In this document: positions 7,697 through 15,996 of the stretch, in pieces | Position numbering within the stretch: the first letter of the stretch is position 1 | Layout of the letters: every line of letters begins with the position of its first letter | NCBI GenBank assembly: GCA_040902005.1 | Contig: JBBDYA010000013.1 | Coordinates: 1-17,308, forward strand | Reading direction: 5' to 3' | DNA length: 17,308 nt | Source of the DNA: Gemmatimonadaceae bacterium | GTDB lineage: Bacteria; Gemmatimonadota; Gemmatimonadetes; Gemmatimonadales; Gemmatimonadaceae | Notes under the pieces: model-generated | Databases searched by the model: none | Seen by the model: only the letters and a program-made list of their open reading frames with translations | What the model was told of the DNA's origin: nothing | Made by a program: the position numbers and the translations under genes

Positions 7697-9046
7697 CTAG
7701 TTCGTGGCGGCGCTGGCGGCCTTTCGCGGTGCGGGCCTGGGCGCGGGCTTCGCCGCCGGCTTCTTTGTGGAGGTGGACGTCGCCCTGGCGCGGCTGCGCG
7801 ACGGCGCTGAGCGTACCGGCCGATTCCAGCCGATCGCGCGGTCCGCCCGGAACGCCGCGGGCATCGCGAGCGTCTTGCCGCCGAAGTCGAGTACGGAGAG
7901 CGCGGCGGCATCCGCCACGTCGGCGCGAATGTCCGCGATCACCCGGGCCGGGCGCCGCGCGCGTGCCGCGTGCACCCGATTGGTCACCAGGATCACGAAC
8001 AGATTGCGATCCGGGTCGATCCACAGCGAGGTGCCGGTGAACCCGGTGTGCCCGTAGGCGCGCTCGCTCAGGTGCTTGCCGCAACTGCCGTCCTGGCCGC
8101 ACGTGTCCCAGCCCAGCGCGCGCGTACCGCGTGACGCCGTGCGGGCGGTGAAGAGGGACACGGTGCTGTCCGCAACGATCCGCACGCCGTTGAAGTGCCC
8201 GCCATTCAACATCATTTGGGCGAACACGGCGATATCGCTCGCGGTGCTGAACAGCCCGGCGTGTCCCGCGACGCCGCCCAGCGCAAAGGCGTTCTCATCG
8301 TGCACCTCGCCCCGCAGCGGATAGCCGCGTGGCGGCGTCAACTCGGTGGGTGCAATGCGGTCGCGCAACGTCCAGTGAGGACGAAAGAACGTCTCGCGCA
8401 TCTGTAGCGGCTCGAACACTCGCGAGTGAACGAACTGGTCCAGCGGCTGCCCGGAGACGGCCTCGACCACGAACGCGAGCATGTCCGCGCCGAGGTCCGA
8501 GTAGATGTAGCACTTGCCGGGCAGGCACTCGAGCGGTGTTTCGATGGCCTTCTGCCGCGCTTCGGCTGGCGAGTACGCAATGCGCCAGAGGTCGCGGCCC
8601 GCGGGCAAGCCGGACCGATGCTCGAGCAACTGGAGGATCGTGACATCATCCTTGGCGCCCCCCGCAAAACCGGGGAGGAACTTGCTGACGGGATCGCTCA
8701 GCTGAATCCTGCCGTCGTCGTATAGCACCATGATGGCTGTGGTCGTGGCCATCACCTTGGTGAGCGACGCGAGGTCGTAAATGGTCCGGGAGGGCACGAC
8801 GCGCGCCGCGCTTCCCCAGTTGACGGATCCGTATCCCTTCTCCCACACTGTCGCGCCGCGCCGGCCGATCACGACAGCCGCGCCCGGGAATCCGCCGGCC
8901 GTGACCGCCTTGTTTACCACCCGGTCGATCCTTGCCAGGCGAAGGGCGGACATGCCCACGGCGGCCGGTGCCTTGGTGGGCACGCCCGTGTCACCGGCGC
9001 CAAGGCCGGAGAAAACCACGATGGAAGTGAGCAGCGAGGTCAACAA
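7697..9046 (-). CDS. Exported serine hydrolase, beta-lactamase class C fold (AmiE/YbbE-like)
   Basis: Hydrophobic N-terminus, ASLTK (SxxK), YSD, EVHDENA..LGGVAGHAGLFS, GHTGFTGT, and a Lys/Pro/Ala-rich tail. Confidence 0.9.
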   Translation of the reverse strand: MLTSLLTSIVVFSGLGAGDTGVPTKAPAAVGMSALRLARIDRVVNKAVTAGGFPGAAVVIGRRGATVWEKGYGSVNWGSAARVVPSRTIYDLASLTKVMATTTAIMVLYDDGRIQLSDPVSKFLPGFAGGAKDDVTILQLLEHRSGLPAGRDLWRIAYSPAEARQKAIETPLECLPGKCYIYSDLGADMLAFVVEAVSGQPLDQFVHSRVFEPLQMRETFFRPHWTLRDRIAPTELTPPRGYPLRGEVHDENAFALGGVAGHAGLFSTASDIAVFAQMMLNGGHFNGVRIVADSTVSLFTARTASRGTRALGWDTCGQDGSCGKHLSERAYGHTGFTGTSLWIDPDRNLFVILVTNRVHAARARRPARVIADIRADVADAAALSVLDFGGKTLAMPAAFRADRAIGWNRPVRSAPSRSRARATSTSTKKPAAKPAPRPAPRKAASAATN

Positions 9047-9257
9047 GGGTGCAGCTTCTGTCCTGAGGGAGCTCGGAAATCCACGTCTATGCCATTGCCA
9101 CTATTGAGGATACAGCCGATGTGGCCAGAGGTTCCAGCCGCGGCGGGAGGACCCCACAATTATGGTCTCGGGTAAGGCGACGAGCAAGCAGGAATCGGGC
9201 AACTCCGACCGAATCATCGCCGTAGGGGTGTGAATTCCCCCTTTATTGATGGGCCGC

Positions 9258-9285
9258 GTAAACCGTTGCGCCCTTCCCGGTGACC
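9258..9285 (+). promoter_or_regulatory. Possible autoregulatory ECF promoter (GTAAAC-N16-GTGACC)
   Basis: AAC-containing -35-like box with a -10-like box ending 6 nt before ATG 9292. Confidence 0.35.
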
Positions 9286-9291
9286 AATTCC

Positions 9292-9876
9292 ATGACGTCA
9301 ATGGACTCCGAATCTCTCACGATCCAACGCGCCATTCAGGGCGACGAGGCGGCCATGCGCACGCTCTGGTCGCGGCATGCACCGCATGTCGATGCCGTGG
9401 TGCGGCGGCTGGCAGGGGGTGATCTGGATCTGGCGGCAGACATCGCGCAGGAAGTCTGGATCCAGATCTTCCGGGCGTTGCCGCAGTACCGGGGCGACTC
9501 GCAGTTCGGCACGTGGGCGCACCGGATCGCGGTCAACCGCACGCTGAACGCACTGCGGAAGACGCGCCGGCTGGCGCAGATCGAGGTGGACGTGGAGGAG
9601 GACTCGGCCGTGGTGGAGCCGGATCACGATCGCGCGCTGATGATGCAGTCGATCGAATCGGCCGCGTCGAAGCTGTCGCCAGGCGCGCGGACGGTGTTCC
9701 TGCTGCACGACGTGGAAGGGTTTACGCACGAGGAGATCGCTGAGCGGCTGGGGATCACGTCGGGCGGTTCGAAATCGCAACTATTCAAGGCACGGGCAAA
9801 GCTCCGCACGCTGCTCGCGCATCTCGTGGAGACACCACTGCGGAAGGATACGGAACATGTCGCACCTGTCTACTGA
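9292..9876 (+). CDS. ECF RNA polymerase sigma factor
   Basis: Sigma region 2 (AADIAQEVWIQIF, FGTWAHRIAVN) and region 4 (VFLLHDVEGFTHEEIA..LG...GGSKSQLFKAR). Start may be 9280, 9292 or 9301. Confidence 0.95.
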   Translation: MTSMDSESLTIQRAIQGDEAAMRTLWSRHAPHVDAVVRRLAGGDLDLAADIAQEVWIQIFRALPQYRGDSQFGTWAHRIAVNRTLNALRKTRRLAQIEVDVEEDSAVVEPDHDRALMMQSIESAASKLSPGARTVFLLHDVEGFTHEEIAERLGITSGGSKSQLFKARAKLRTLLAHLVETPLRKDTEHVAPVY

Positions 9877-10600
9877 CCGGCTGGCGGCGCTCGCGGACGA
9901 GCGGCCGGCACCCGCCGAACAAGATCATCTCGAAGCCTGCGCGTCGTGCGCGCGGGAGATCGAGGCGCATCGCTCGCTGCTGGCCATGGCGGTGGGGGAG
10001 CGCGAAATGATGGGCATCCCCCTGACGCGCTGGGACGCGCTGGCGCGGCAGCTTCGGTCGGAGAGCCTGATCGCGGACGGCCATCCGGCCACGGTCACCG
10101 CGGAGTGGGCGGCCCCGCTCGGCCGGCATCGTCCCCCCAGCACGCGGGCGCTGCTGCGCGTCGCGGCGGCGCTGGTGCTGGTGGCGAGCGGTGCGCTGAT
10201 TGGCCGCGCCAGCATGGGGGCGCCCCTGCTTCCCGGTGGCCTCACCGGAAGCGAGTCGGTGGCGTTCCGCCCCTTCTCGCCGGAAGCGATTCCCACGACG
10301 TTCGCCTCGGTCGTCGAGGCGGAGCGGTACAAGGATGCCGCGGCCAATGCGTACCAGCATGCCGTGTCGTTCCTGGCCATGAACGATTCGATCTCGCGCC
10401 TGGCGGAGACGCCCGCCGTGATGCGTACCCGGCTGTCGGCGCTCGACCGGGTGTCGCGCACGATGCGCGAGGCCCTGGCCGACGCGCCGTACGATCCGAT
10501 CATCAACGACTTCTATCTCAATTCGTTCGGCCAGCGTGAGGCCACGCTGCGCCAGCTCAATGCCGTGCTGCCGCAGGGCGGCAGGATGAGTGGGTTCTAA
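9857..10600 (+). CDS. Zinc-binding (ZAS) transmembrane anti-sigma factor
   Basis: HLEACASC (HxxxCxxC), one TM (LLRVAAALVLVASGALIG) and a helical C-terminal domain. Overlaps the sigma gene. Confidence 0.87.
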   Translation: MSHLSTDRLAALADERPAPAEQDHLEACASCAREIEAHRSLLAMAVGEREMMGIPLTRWDALARQLRSESLIADGHPATVTAEWAAPLGRHRPPSTRALLRVAAALVLVASGALIGRASMGAPLLPGGLTGSESVAFRPFSPEAIPTTFASVVEAERYKDAAANAYQHAVSFLAMNDSISRLAETPAVMRTRLSALDRVSRTMREALADAPYDPIINDFYLNSFGQREATLRQLNAVLPQGGRMSGF

Positions 10601-11784
10601 TGAACATTCCGGGTGGTACCATGTCTTTCACGAATGAATCCGGCGCGATGACGCGCCGCCTGACGATCCTGCTGCTGCTCGGTGGCGCGCTCGCGACGCC
10701 CGCGGTCACGGGTGCCCAGGCCGGCGCGCGCGGCGGCAGGGTGAGCGTCCAGTGCACCGACTGTTCGCCGAGCGACTCCGCGATGCGCACGGCATGGGAA
10801 GCGCAGGCGCGCCTCGCCGTGAAGTTCGATTCGCTGCGCAGGGAGTTCGAGCTCACGAGGCGCAGCGACACCGAGCGCGAACTGCTGAAGCGTGAGATGA
10901 CCGAAACGATCCGTGCGCTGCAGACGGCGCTCGGCGAGGCCCAGGGCGTTGTGAGTGCCGAGCGCGCGCGCGTTCCGTACGCCGAAGTCCGGGGGTCGGG
11001 CGGCGTGGCGGTGGCCCTTCGCAGCAGCACCCCCACGCGTGGGTATCTCGGCGTGTCCTTCGAGGGGATGAGCTCCGAGTTCACCAGCGACCGGGAGCAC
11101 GTCATCCGCTTCTACCAGTACCCGCGGATCGCGCTGGTCGAGCCGGCCTCGCCGGCCGAGCGCGCGGGCATCCTTCAGGGCGATACGTTGCTCGCGCTCA
11201 ACGGCGTCGATGTCCTGAGCGGCGAGATCTCGCTCACCCGGCTCCTGGTGCCGAGCAGGCGACTGAACGTCCGGGTGCGGCGCGAGAGCGACGCGAAGAA
11301 CCTGACGGTGACGGTAGGACTCGCGCCGGAGTACGTCGTGCGTCGCACGTCGCCGCCGGAGGAGTACGCCTATGCGCCGTCAGTGGCGTCGGGAACGGTA
11401 CGGGCGGAACCGGCGCCGCCGCGGCAGGTGCGGGTGTCGCCGGCGCCCGGGGCAACGCCGAGCGCGGCAGGGCGGGTGTGGGTGTTCAATGAGGGTGTCG
11501 GCGGCGCCAGGATGGAAACGGTTACCGAGGGACTGGCAACCGCGCTCGGCGTGGGGCACGGGGTCCTGGTGGTGCGCGCTGCCCCTGGAACGCCCGCGCA
11601 CGAGTCGGGGCTGCGCGATGGAGACGTCATCCAGCGCGTCGGCGACAGGCGCGTCTCGACCGTGAGCGAGTTGCGCGCCGCGCTCCTGCCCTGGGGAGGA
11701 GGAGCCCGCGGCGGCAACACGTCGGCGGCAACGGTCGTGATCGTGCGGGAACGGAAGACGCGCGAAGTGACGCTGCGCTGGTAG
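10600..11784 (+). CDS. Exported protein with a coiled coil and two PDZ domains, no protease domain evident
   Basis: TAATG coupling to the anti-sigma gene. Signal peptide MTRRLTILLLLGGALA (possible start 10648). PDZ1 GYLGV...SPAERAGILQGD; PDZ2 GVLVV...TPAHESGLRDGDVI. Confidence 0.88.
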   Translation: MNIPGGTMSFTNESGAMTRRLTILLLLGGALATPAVTGAQAGARGGRVSVQCTDCSPSDSAMRTAWEAQARLAVKFDSLRREFELTRRSDTERELLKREMTETIRALQTALGEAQGVVSAERARVPYAEVRGSGGVAVALRSSTPTRGYLGVSFEGMSSEFTSDREHVIRFYQYPRIALVEPASPAERAGILQGDTLLALNGVDVLSGEISLTRLLVPSRRLNVRVRRESDAKNLTVTVGLAPEYVVRRTSPPEEYAYAPSVASGTVRAEPAPPRQVRVSPAPGATPSAAGRVWVFNEGVGGARMETVTEGLATALGVGHGVLVVRAAPGTPAHESGLRDGDVIQRVGDRRVSTVSELRAALLPWGGGARGGNTSAATVVIVRERKTREVTLRW

Positions 11785-11785
11785 T

Positions 11786-12700
11786 TCAGGAGAGCGTCAT
11801 CTCGGCGGGCACGAGACTCTTGTGAATCGCGAGTGCCGCGATGGCCCCATCGGCCGCCGCGGCGATCGCGAGTTGCGAGCCGGGCACGATGTCACCCGCG
11901 GCAAAGACGCCGGGCACGGACGTGCGATAGTGCTTGTCGACGACGATGTGCCCGCCGTCGTCCCGCTTGCACCCCAGCTGCGCGCCGATGTCGTCCGCCG
12001 GGTACTGCCCGATCGCGAAAAAAATCTTGTCTGCATCCAGCTCCATTCCGCTCGCGAGCCGCAGGCAGAAGACACGGTCTTCGTGGGCGTCCACGCTCGT
12101 GACCTTGTCGGTGAGCACGGGGATGTTGAGCGCGTCGAGTTTGCGGCAGTACTCGGCTTCGTTCATCTCCGGCGCCTGGCCGTTCGTGCAGATGATGAGG
12201 TCGCGCGTCCACGTGCTGAGGTTGAGCGCCATTCCCACGGCCTTTCGTCCGTGCCCGATGACCACGGTCTTCCTGTCGCGCGCTTCGTAGCCATCACAAT
12301 CCGGGCAGACGTGCGCGCTGGCTCCGTACACCTGCCCGAGTCCGGGAATGTCCGGCCAGACGTCCTTGAGCCCGATCGCGAGGAGCAGACGGCGCGCCTC
12401 GTAGCGCGCACCGCTGGCGAGCGTGAGCACGAAGCCATCGTCGGACGCCTCTCCTCGCTCGACGCGGTCATCCACGAGGGTGACGCCGTACGTCCGCGCC
12501 TCGTCGCGTCCGCGGGCGCGGAGCTCCGCCGGGCGGATGCCGGGCAGGCCGAGGTAGCAGTTGATGCCGCGCGTTTCCCAGTTGCGGGGATCGCCGCTGT
12601 CCACCAACACGACGGAGCGCAGGTACCGCGCGAGCCAGATGCCTGCCGAGAGACCGGCGGGGCCGCCGCCGACGATGGCGACATCCAGAGGACTTTCCAT
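11786..12700 (-). CDS. FAD-dependent thioredoxin reductase-like oxidoreductase
   Basis: GGGPAG FAD motif, CPDCDG redox motif and TSVPGVFAAGD. Confidence 0.92.
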   Translation of the reverse strand: MESPLDVAIVGGGPAGLSAGIWLARYLRSVVLVDSGDPRNWETRGINCYLGLPGIRPAELRARGRDEARTYGVTLVDDRVERGEASDDGFVLTLASGARYEARRLLLAIGLKDVWPDIPGLGQVYGASAHVCPDCDGYEARDRKTVVIGHGRKAVGMALNLSTWTRDLIICTNGQAPEMNEAEYCRKLDALNIPVLTDKVTSVDAHEDRVFCLRLASGMELDADKIFFAIGQYPADDIGAQLGCKRDDGGHIVVDKHYRTSVPGVFAAGDIVPGSQLAIAAAADGAIAALAIHKSLVPAEMTLS

Positions 12701-12780
12701 GGTGCCGGCGCCATCGGCAAGAAGCGTCCCAGCGGATCAGGACGAACGGGGAGGCCTCCAGGCCGCCCCGCGGCGCGCGA

Positions 12781-13533
12781 TCAGCCCCGGCGTCCGGCGC
12801 CGATGGGGCCGGCCGGCAACGTGTAGAGCAGGCGAGCGGTGGCGCGATCCGCCCGCGACAGGCTGCGCACGCGAACCTTCGACGCCATCACGCTCCCCGG
12901 ATCCCTGGTGTGGTCGAGCCCGAGCAGGTGACCGATTTCGTGAAGCGCCATGGCGTGCATCGCGTCGTCGGCCAGGATCTCACCGGTGCGGTGATGCACC
13001 GCGAGGGTGATGCTCGCGTCGGTGATCCAGTACCCACTGTCCCGCGCCCAGCGCGTGCGCCCGCTGATCTGCTCGGGAAACCGATCGATCCAGGTGATGT
13101 GGATTTTCGCGTCCGCCGAATCCGCGACCAGCTGGAACCGGATGGGCAGGTGCAGTGTGTCCCAGGCGGCGAACGCGTCGGCCACCTCGCGCACGAACCC
13201 GGGATGCCAGTCCTGCACCCGCGAGGACCGCTGAATCCAGACGCGCAACGGATTGCCGGGCCGATCGGGCCAGCGCGCCAGGGCGGAATCACGCGCGTGG
13301 AGGATTTCGGCGATGTACGTCCCGCTCTGAGCCAGGCGGATTGCCCGGCGCAGTTCCTCGCGATCATCTTCTCGCGGCGCGGTTCCCCGCGGGGCGAGGG
13401 GGTTCGCAACGGACCCGCCAGAGGTGCGTTCTTCCGCGGCGCTCGCGCGCTCGGCAACAGGCGCGTCGGTTCCGGCGCCGGCCAATCCGATGCCAGCAGC
13501 GGCCATCGAGAGTGCGAAAAGGATACGGTGCAC
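12781..13533 (-). CDS. Matrixin (M10-like metzincin) metalloprotease, exported
   Basis: HEIGHLLGLDH zinc motif, SVM Met-turn, and an N-terminal signal/anchor. Confidence 0.9.
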   Translation of the reverse strand: MHRILFALSMAAAGIGLAGAGTDAPVAERASAAEERTSGGSVANPLAPRGTAPREDDREELRRAIRLAQSGTYIAEILHARDSALARWPDRPGNPLRVWIQRSSRVQDWHPGFVREVADAFAAWDTLHLPIRFQLVADSADAKIHITWIDRFPEQISGRTRWARDSGYWITDASITLAVHHRTGEILADDAMHAMALHEIGHLLGLDHTRDPGSVMASKVRVRSLSRADRATARLLYTLPAGPIGAGRRG

Positions 13534-13606
13534 GGCGGGTGGCTGAAGCGAAGTCCGCGGCGAGGAGGGAACTGCTGAGCCGATCGCGGGGGCCAGCGGC
13601 CGGGAA

Positions 13607-13628
13607 GGCTTCGAACGGGGCTTCGAAC
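13607..13628. repeat. Direct repeat GGCTTCGAAC x2 upstream of the matrixin gene
   Basis: Exact 10-mers at 13607-13616 and 13619-13628, each containing the palindrome TTCGAA. Confidence 0.5.
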
Positions 13629-13716
13629 CCGACTGCTGGACTCAACTGAAAAGACGAGCAACGCCACTATAAAGGAACGCAGATGGGTCCGCCAGAGTTT
13701 TCTTTTCTGACTGGAC

Positions 13717-14664
13717 TCAGTCGTCGCGAGCCCGGCCCCTTCGGTTGGCGGCCACGATCGCGGCGTTACGGGCCAGTCCCTGCCGTTTCGCGCGCTTGAT
13801 GGGTGATTTGCGGAATCGAGCGCGGAACGCGTCATCGGTCAGGGCGGCCAGTTCGGCGGGGTCGGGACTCAGGTTGTCCGGTCGCGGCGCGAGCGCCGGG
13901 TCGCCCAGTTCCGTGGCGAAGCGATGGTTCCATGGACACACATCCTGGCAGACGTCGCAGCCGTAGAGCCAGTCGCCGATCAGGGGTTGCAGCTCGGGCG
14001 CGATATCCGAGCGGTGTTCGATGGTGAGGTACGAGATGCATCGGCGCGCGTCGAGGATGCGAGGCTCGACGAACGCGTCCGTGGGACACGCGTCCAGACA
14101 GCGCGTGCACGTGCCGCATCGATCCGCCTCGAATGGCGGGTCGGGAGCGAGGTCGAGGTCGAGCAGGAGGGCGCCAAGGAAGAAGAACGATCCGTGCCGG
14201 GGGCTGATCAGCATCGTGTTCTTGCCGATCCATCCGAGGCCGGCGCGACGCGCCAGATCCCGCTCCAGGATGGGACCCGTGTCCACGTACGCCTTGGCGC
14301 GCACCGTGCGCCCCTGGTCCGACTCGATCCACCGGTGCAGATCGTCCAGCCGGCGCACCATGATGTCGTGGTAGTCGTCGCCGCGGGCATATCGCGCGAT
14401 TGGCCCGGCGGGCTGCTTTCCCCCGTAGTCGAGCGCCACCACGATGGCGCTCCGCACCCGCTCGAAGGGCAGTCCGGTGTCCCTCCGTTTCTCGGCGCCG
14501 CGCGGCAGGTACGCCATCTCTCCGGCGTAGCCCGCATCGATCCACCGGAGGAAGGCATCGTACGTGTCCGCGGGTCCCAGGCGCGTGATGCCCACGGGAT
14601 CGAAGCCAAACTCGGCAGCGCGCGTCCTGATGCGCTGCTCCAGCGCGGTACCGGAGGCGCTCAC
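13717..14664 (-). CDS. queG: tRNA epoxyqueuosine(34) reductase QueG
   Basis: YARGDDYH, DTGPILERDLARRAGLGWIGKN, CGTCTRCLDACPT, CISYLTIE and GCDVCQDVCPWN. GTG 14664 overlaps the upstream TGA. Confidence 0.95.
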   Translation of the reverse strand: MSASGTALEQRIRTRAAEFGFDPVGITRLGPADTYDAFLRWIDAGYAGEMAYLPRGAEKRRDTGLPFERVRSAIVVALDYGGKQPAGPIARYARGDDYHDIMVRRLDDLHRWIESDQGRTVRAKAYVDTGPILERDLARRAGLGWIGKNTMLISPRHGSFFFLGALLLDLDLAPDPPFEADRCGTCTRCLDACPTDAFVEPRILDARRCISYLTIEHRSDIAPELQPLIGDWLYGCDVCQDVCPWNHRFATELGDPALAPRPDNLSPDPAELAALTDDAFRARFRKSPIKRAKRQGLARNAAIVAANRRGRARDD

Positions 14665-14909
14665 GGGTCGCGCGTCGCCCAGCGCGCGTAGCGCACGATG
14701 TCGTCCGCGGGGGGCACCGTGTCCTCGCGGCCGTACGCCGTGTGCATGCGCCAGCGCAGGTAGTCCGTGGCGGGGAGGGGCAGGAAGGGAAAGCGCGAGT
14801 ACCAGCGGCGTCGGCGAAAGCGCCAGCCAACGCGCACGAGTGCAACCCCAACGGCCGGATTCCGCAGGGAGCGGGTGATCAATGCGAGCGTGAGGCGGGG
14901 CCAACCCAT
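14661..14909 (-). CDS. Small basic, aromatic-rich hypothetical protein (82 aa) coupled to queG
   Basis: Protein-like sequence (WYSRFPFLPLPATDYLRWRMHTAYG), GTGA overlap with queG, and TAGATT 6 nt upstream of the ATG. Confidence 0.75.
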   Translation of the reverse strand: MGWPRLTLALITRSLRNPAVGVALVRVGWRFRRRRWYSRFPFLPLPATDYLRWRMHTAYGREDTVPPADDIVRYARWATRDP

Positions 14910-15033
14910 GGCTCCAATCTACGTTCGGTGCGCGCGTTCCAGTCCGCTACAGGAACGATTCGCCGTGCACGCGACACTCCCGTCCTGCCGGCGATGCTCG
15001 CCGCGGAAGGCGGCAGGGCATAAACTCCTGCCC

Positions 15034-15996
15034 ATGCCACCACGAAAAAAGACGCGCGGGGCCGGGTCCGGCCGAAAGTCGACGACGGAGCCGCGCACCG
15101 CTTCGGGCAAGCGCGCCAGCACGGAGCTGATGGCGTCAGCCGCGCTCGACTCGCAGGAAGGGCTCCGCGAGCGCACGGAGGAAGGGCATCGCGCCGCGGG
15201 CCGAACGCCGCCGTCGAAGGAATCGGCCGCGCGGTACTCCGGCCCGACGCGGCGGATCGACGACGACATTCGCACCTTCGTGCCGGTGACCGAAGACGAG
15301 AAGCTCCTGGCCGGACCGTCCACCGATCCCACCGATTTCACGCGCCAGGACACCTGGCGCGTCATGCGGATCATGTCCGAGTTCGTGGAGGGGTTCGATC
15401 GGCTTGCGTCGGTGACCAAGGGCGTGACCATCTTCGGCTCGGCGAGAACGCATCCGGAAGACCCGCAGTACCTGGCGGCGCAGGAAACGGCGCGCCTGCT
15501 CGCGCTGGAGGGATTCGCGGTGATCACGGGGGCCGGCCCCGGCATCATGGAAGCGGCGAACCGCGGCGCGAAGCTCGGCGGCGGGCACTCGATCGGCTGC
15601 AACATCGAGCTCCCGTTCGAGCAGGGCGCCAACCCGTACGTCGATACGCTCATCAACTTCCGCTATTTCTTCGTGCGGAAGACGATGTTCATCAAGTACT
15701 CGAATGCCTTCATCATCTTTCCGGGCGGATTCGGCACGCTGGACGAGGCGTTCGAGGCGCTGACGCTGATCCAGACCGGCAAGATCTACCAGTTCCCCGT
15801 GGTGCTGTTCGGCCGGCACTACTGGGCGGGACTGATTCGCTGGATCCAGTCGCGGATGCTGGGGGAGCGGAAGATTTCCCCGGGCGACATGGACCTGATC
15901 GTGATGACGGACGATCCGGCTGAGGCGGTAAAGCTGGTGGTGAATGCACAGCGCAGCCAGCGGGGCACGCAGGACAAACGAACGGAGAGGATCTAG
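15034..15996 (+). CDS. LOG-family (TIGR00730) nucleotide phosphoribohydrolase with basic N-terminal extension
   Basis: [41 protein letters not shown] and [15 protein letters not shown] lies 7 nt before ATG 15034. Confidence 0.92.
   Translation: MPPRKKTRGAGSGRKSTTEPRTASGKRASTELMASAALDSQEGLRERTEEGHRAAGRTPPSKESAARYSGPTRRIDDDIRTFVPVTEDEKLLAGPSTDPTDFTRQDTWRVMRIMSEFVEGFDRLASVTKGVTIFGSARTHPEDPQYLAAQETARLLALEGFAVITGAGPGIMEAANRGAKLGGGHSIGCNIELPFEQGANPYVDTLINFRYFFVRKTMFIKYSNAFIIFPGGFGTLDEAFEALTLIQTGKIYQFPVVLFGRHYWAGLIRWIQSRMLGERKISPGDMDLIVMTDDPAEAVKLVVNAQRSQRGTQDKRTERI

Noticed and set aside
7697..9046. Beta-lactam resistance gene
   Set aside because: YSD, HTG and VHDENA motifs fit the AmiE/YbbE-like hydrolases, not AmpC (YxN, KTG).
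9047..9279. Riboswitch (c-di-AMP or c-di-GMP) in the divergent spacer
   Set aside because: Only scattered short resemblances, and I could not build the conserved core. An Rfam scan would settle it.
10600..11784. HtrA/DegP protease call
   Set aside because: No trypsin domain or catalytic Ser motif is visible.
13600..13640. tRNA or tRNA fragment (GGTTCGAA T-loop-like on the minus strand)
   Set aside because: No cloverleaf, acceptor stem or CCA, and no integrase nearby.
14665..15033. ORF-track N-terminal extensions of queG (to 14904) and LOG (from 14767)
   Set aside because: They overlap each other and the 82-aa gene. Better-supported starts exist at 14664 and 15034.
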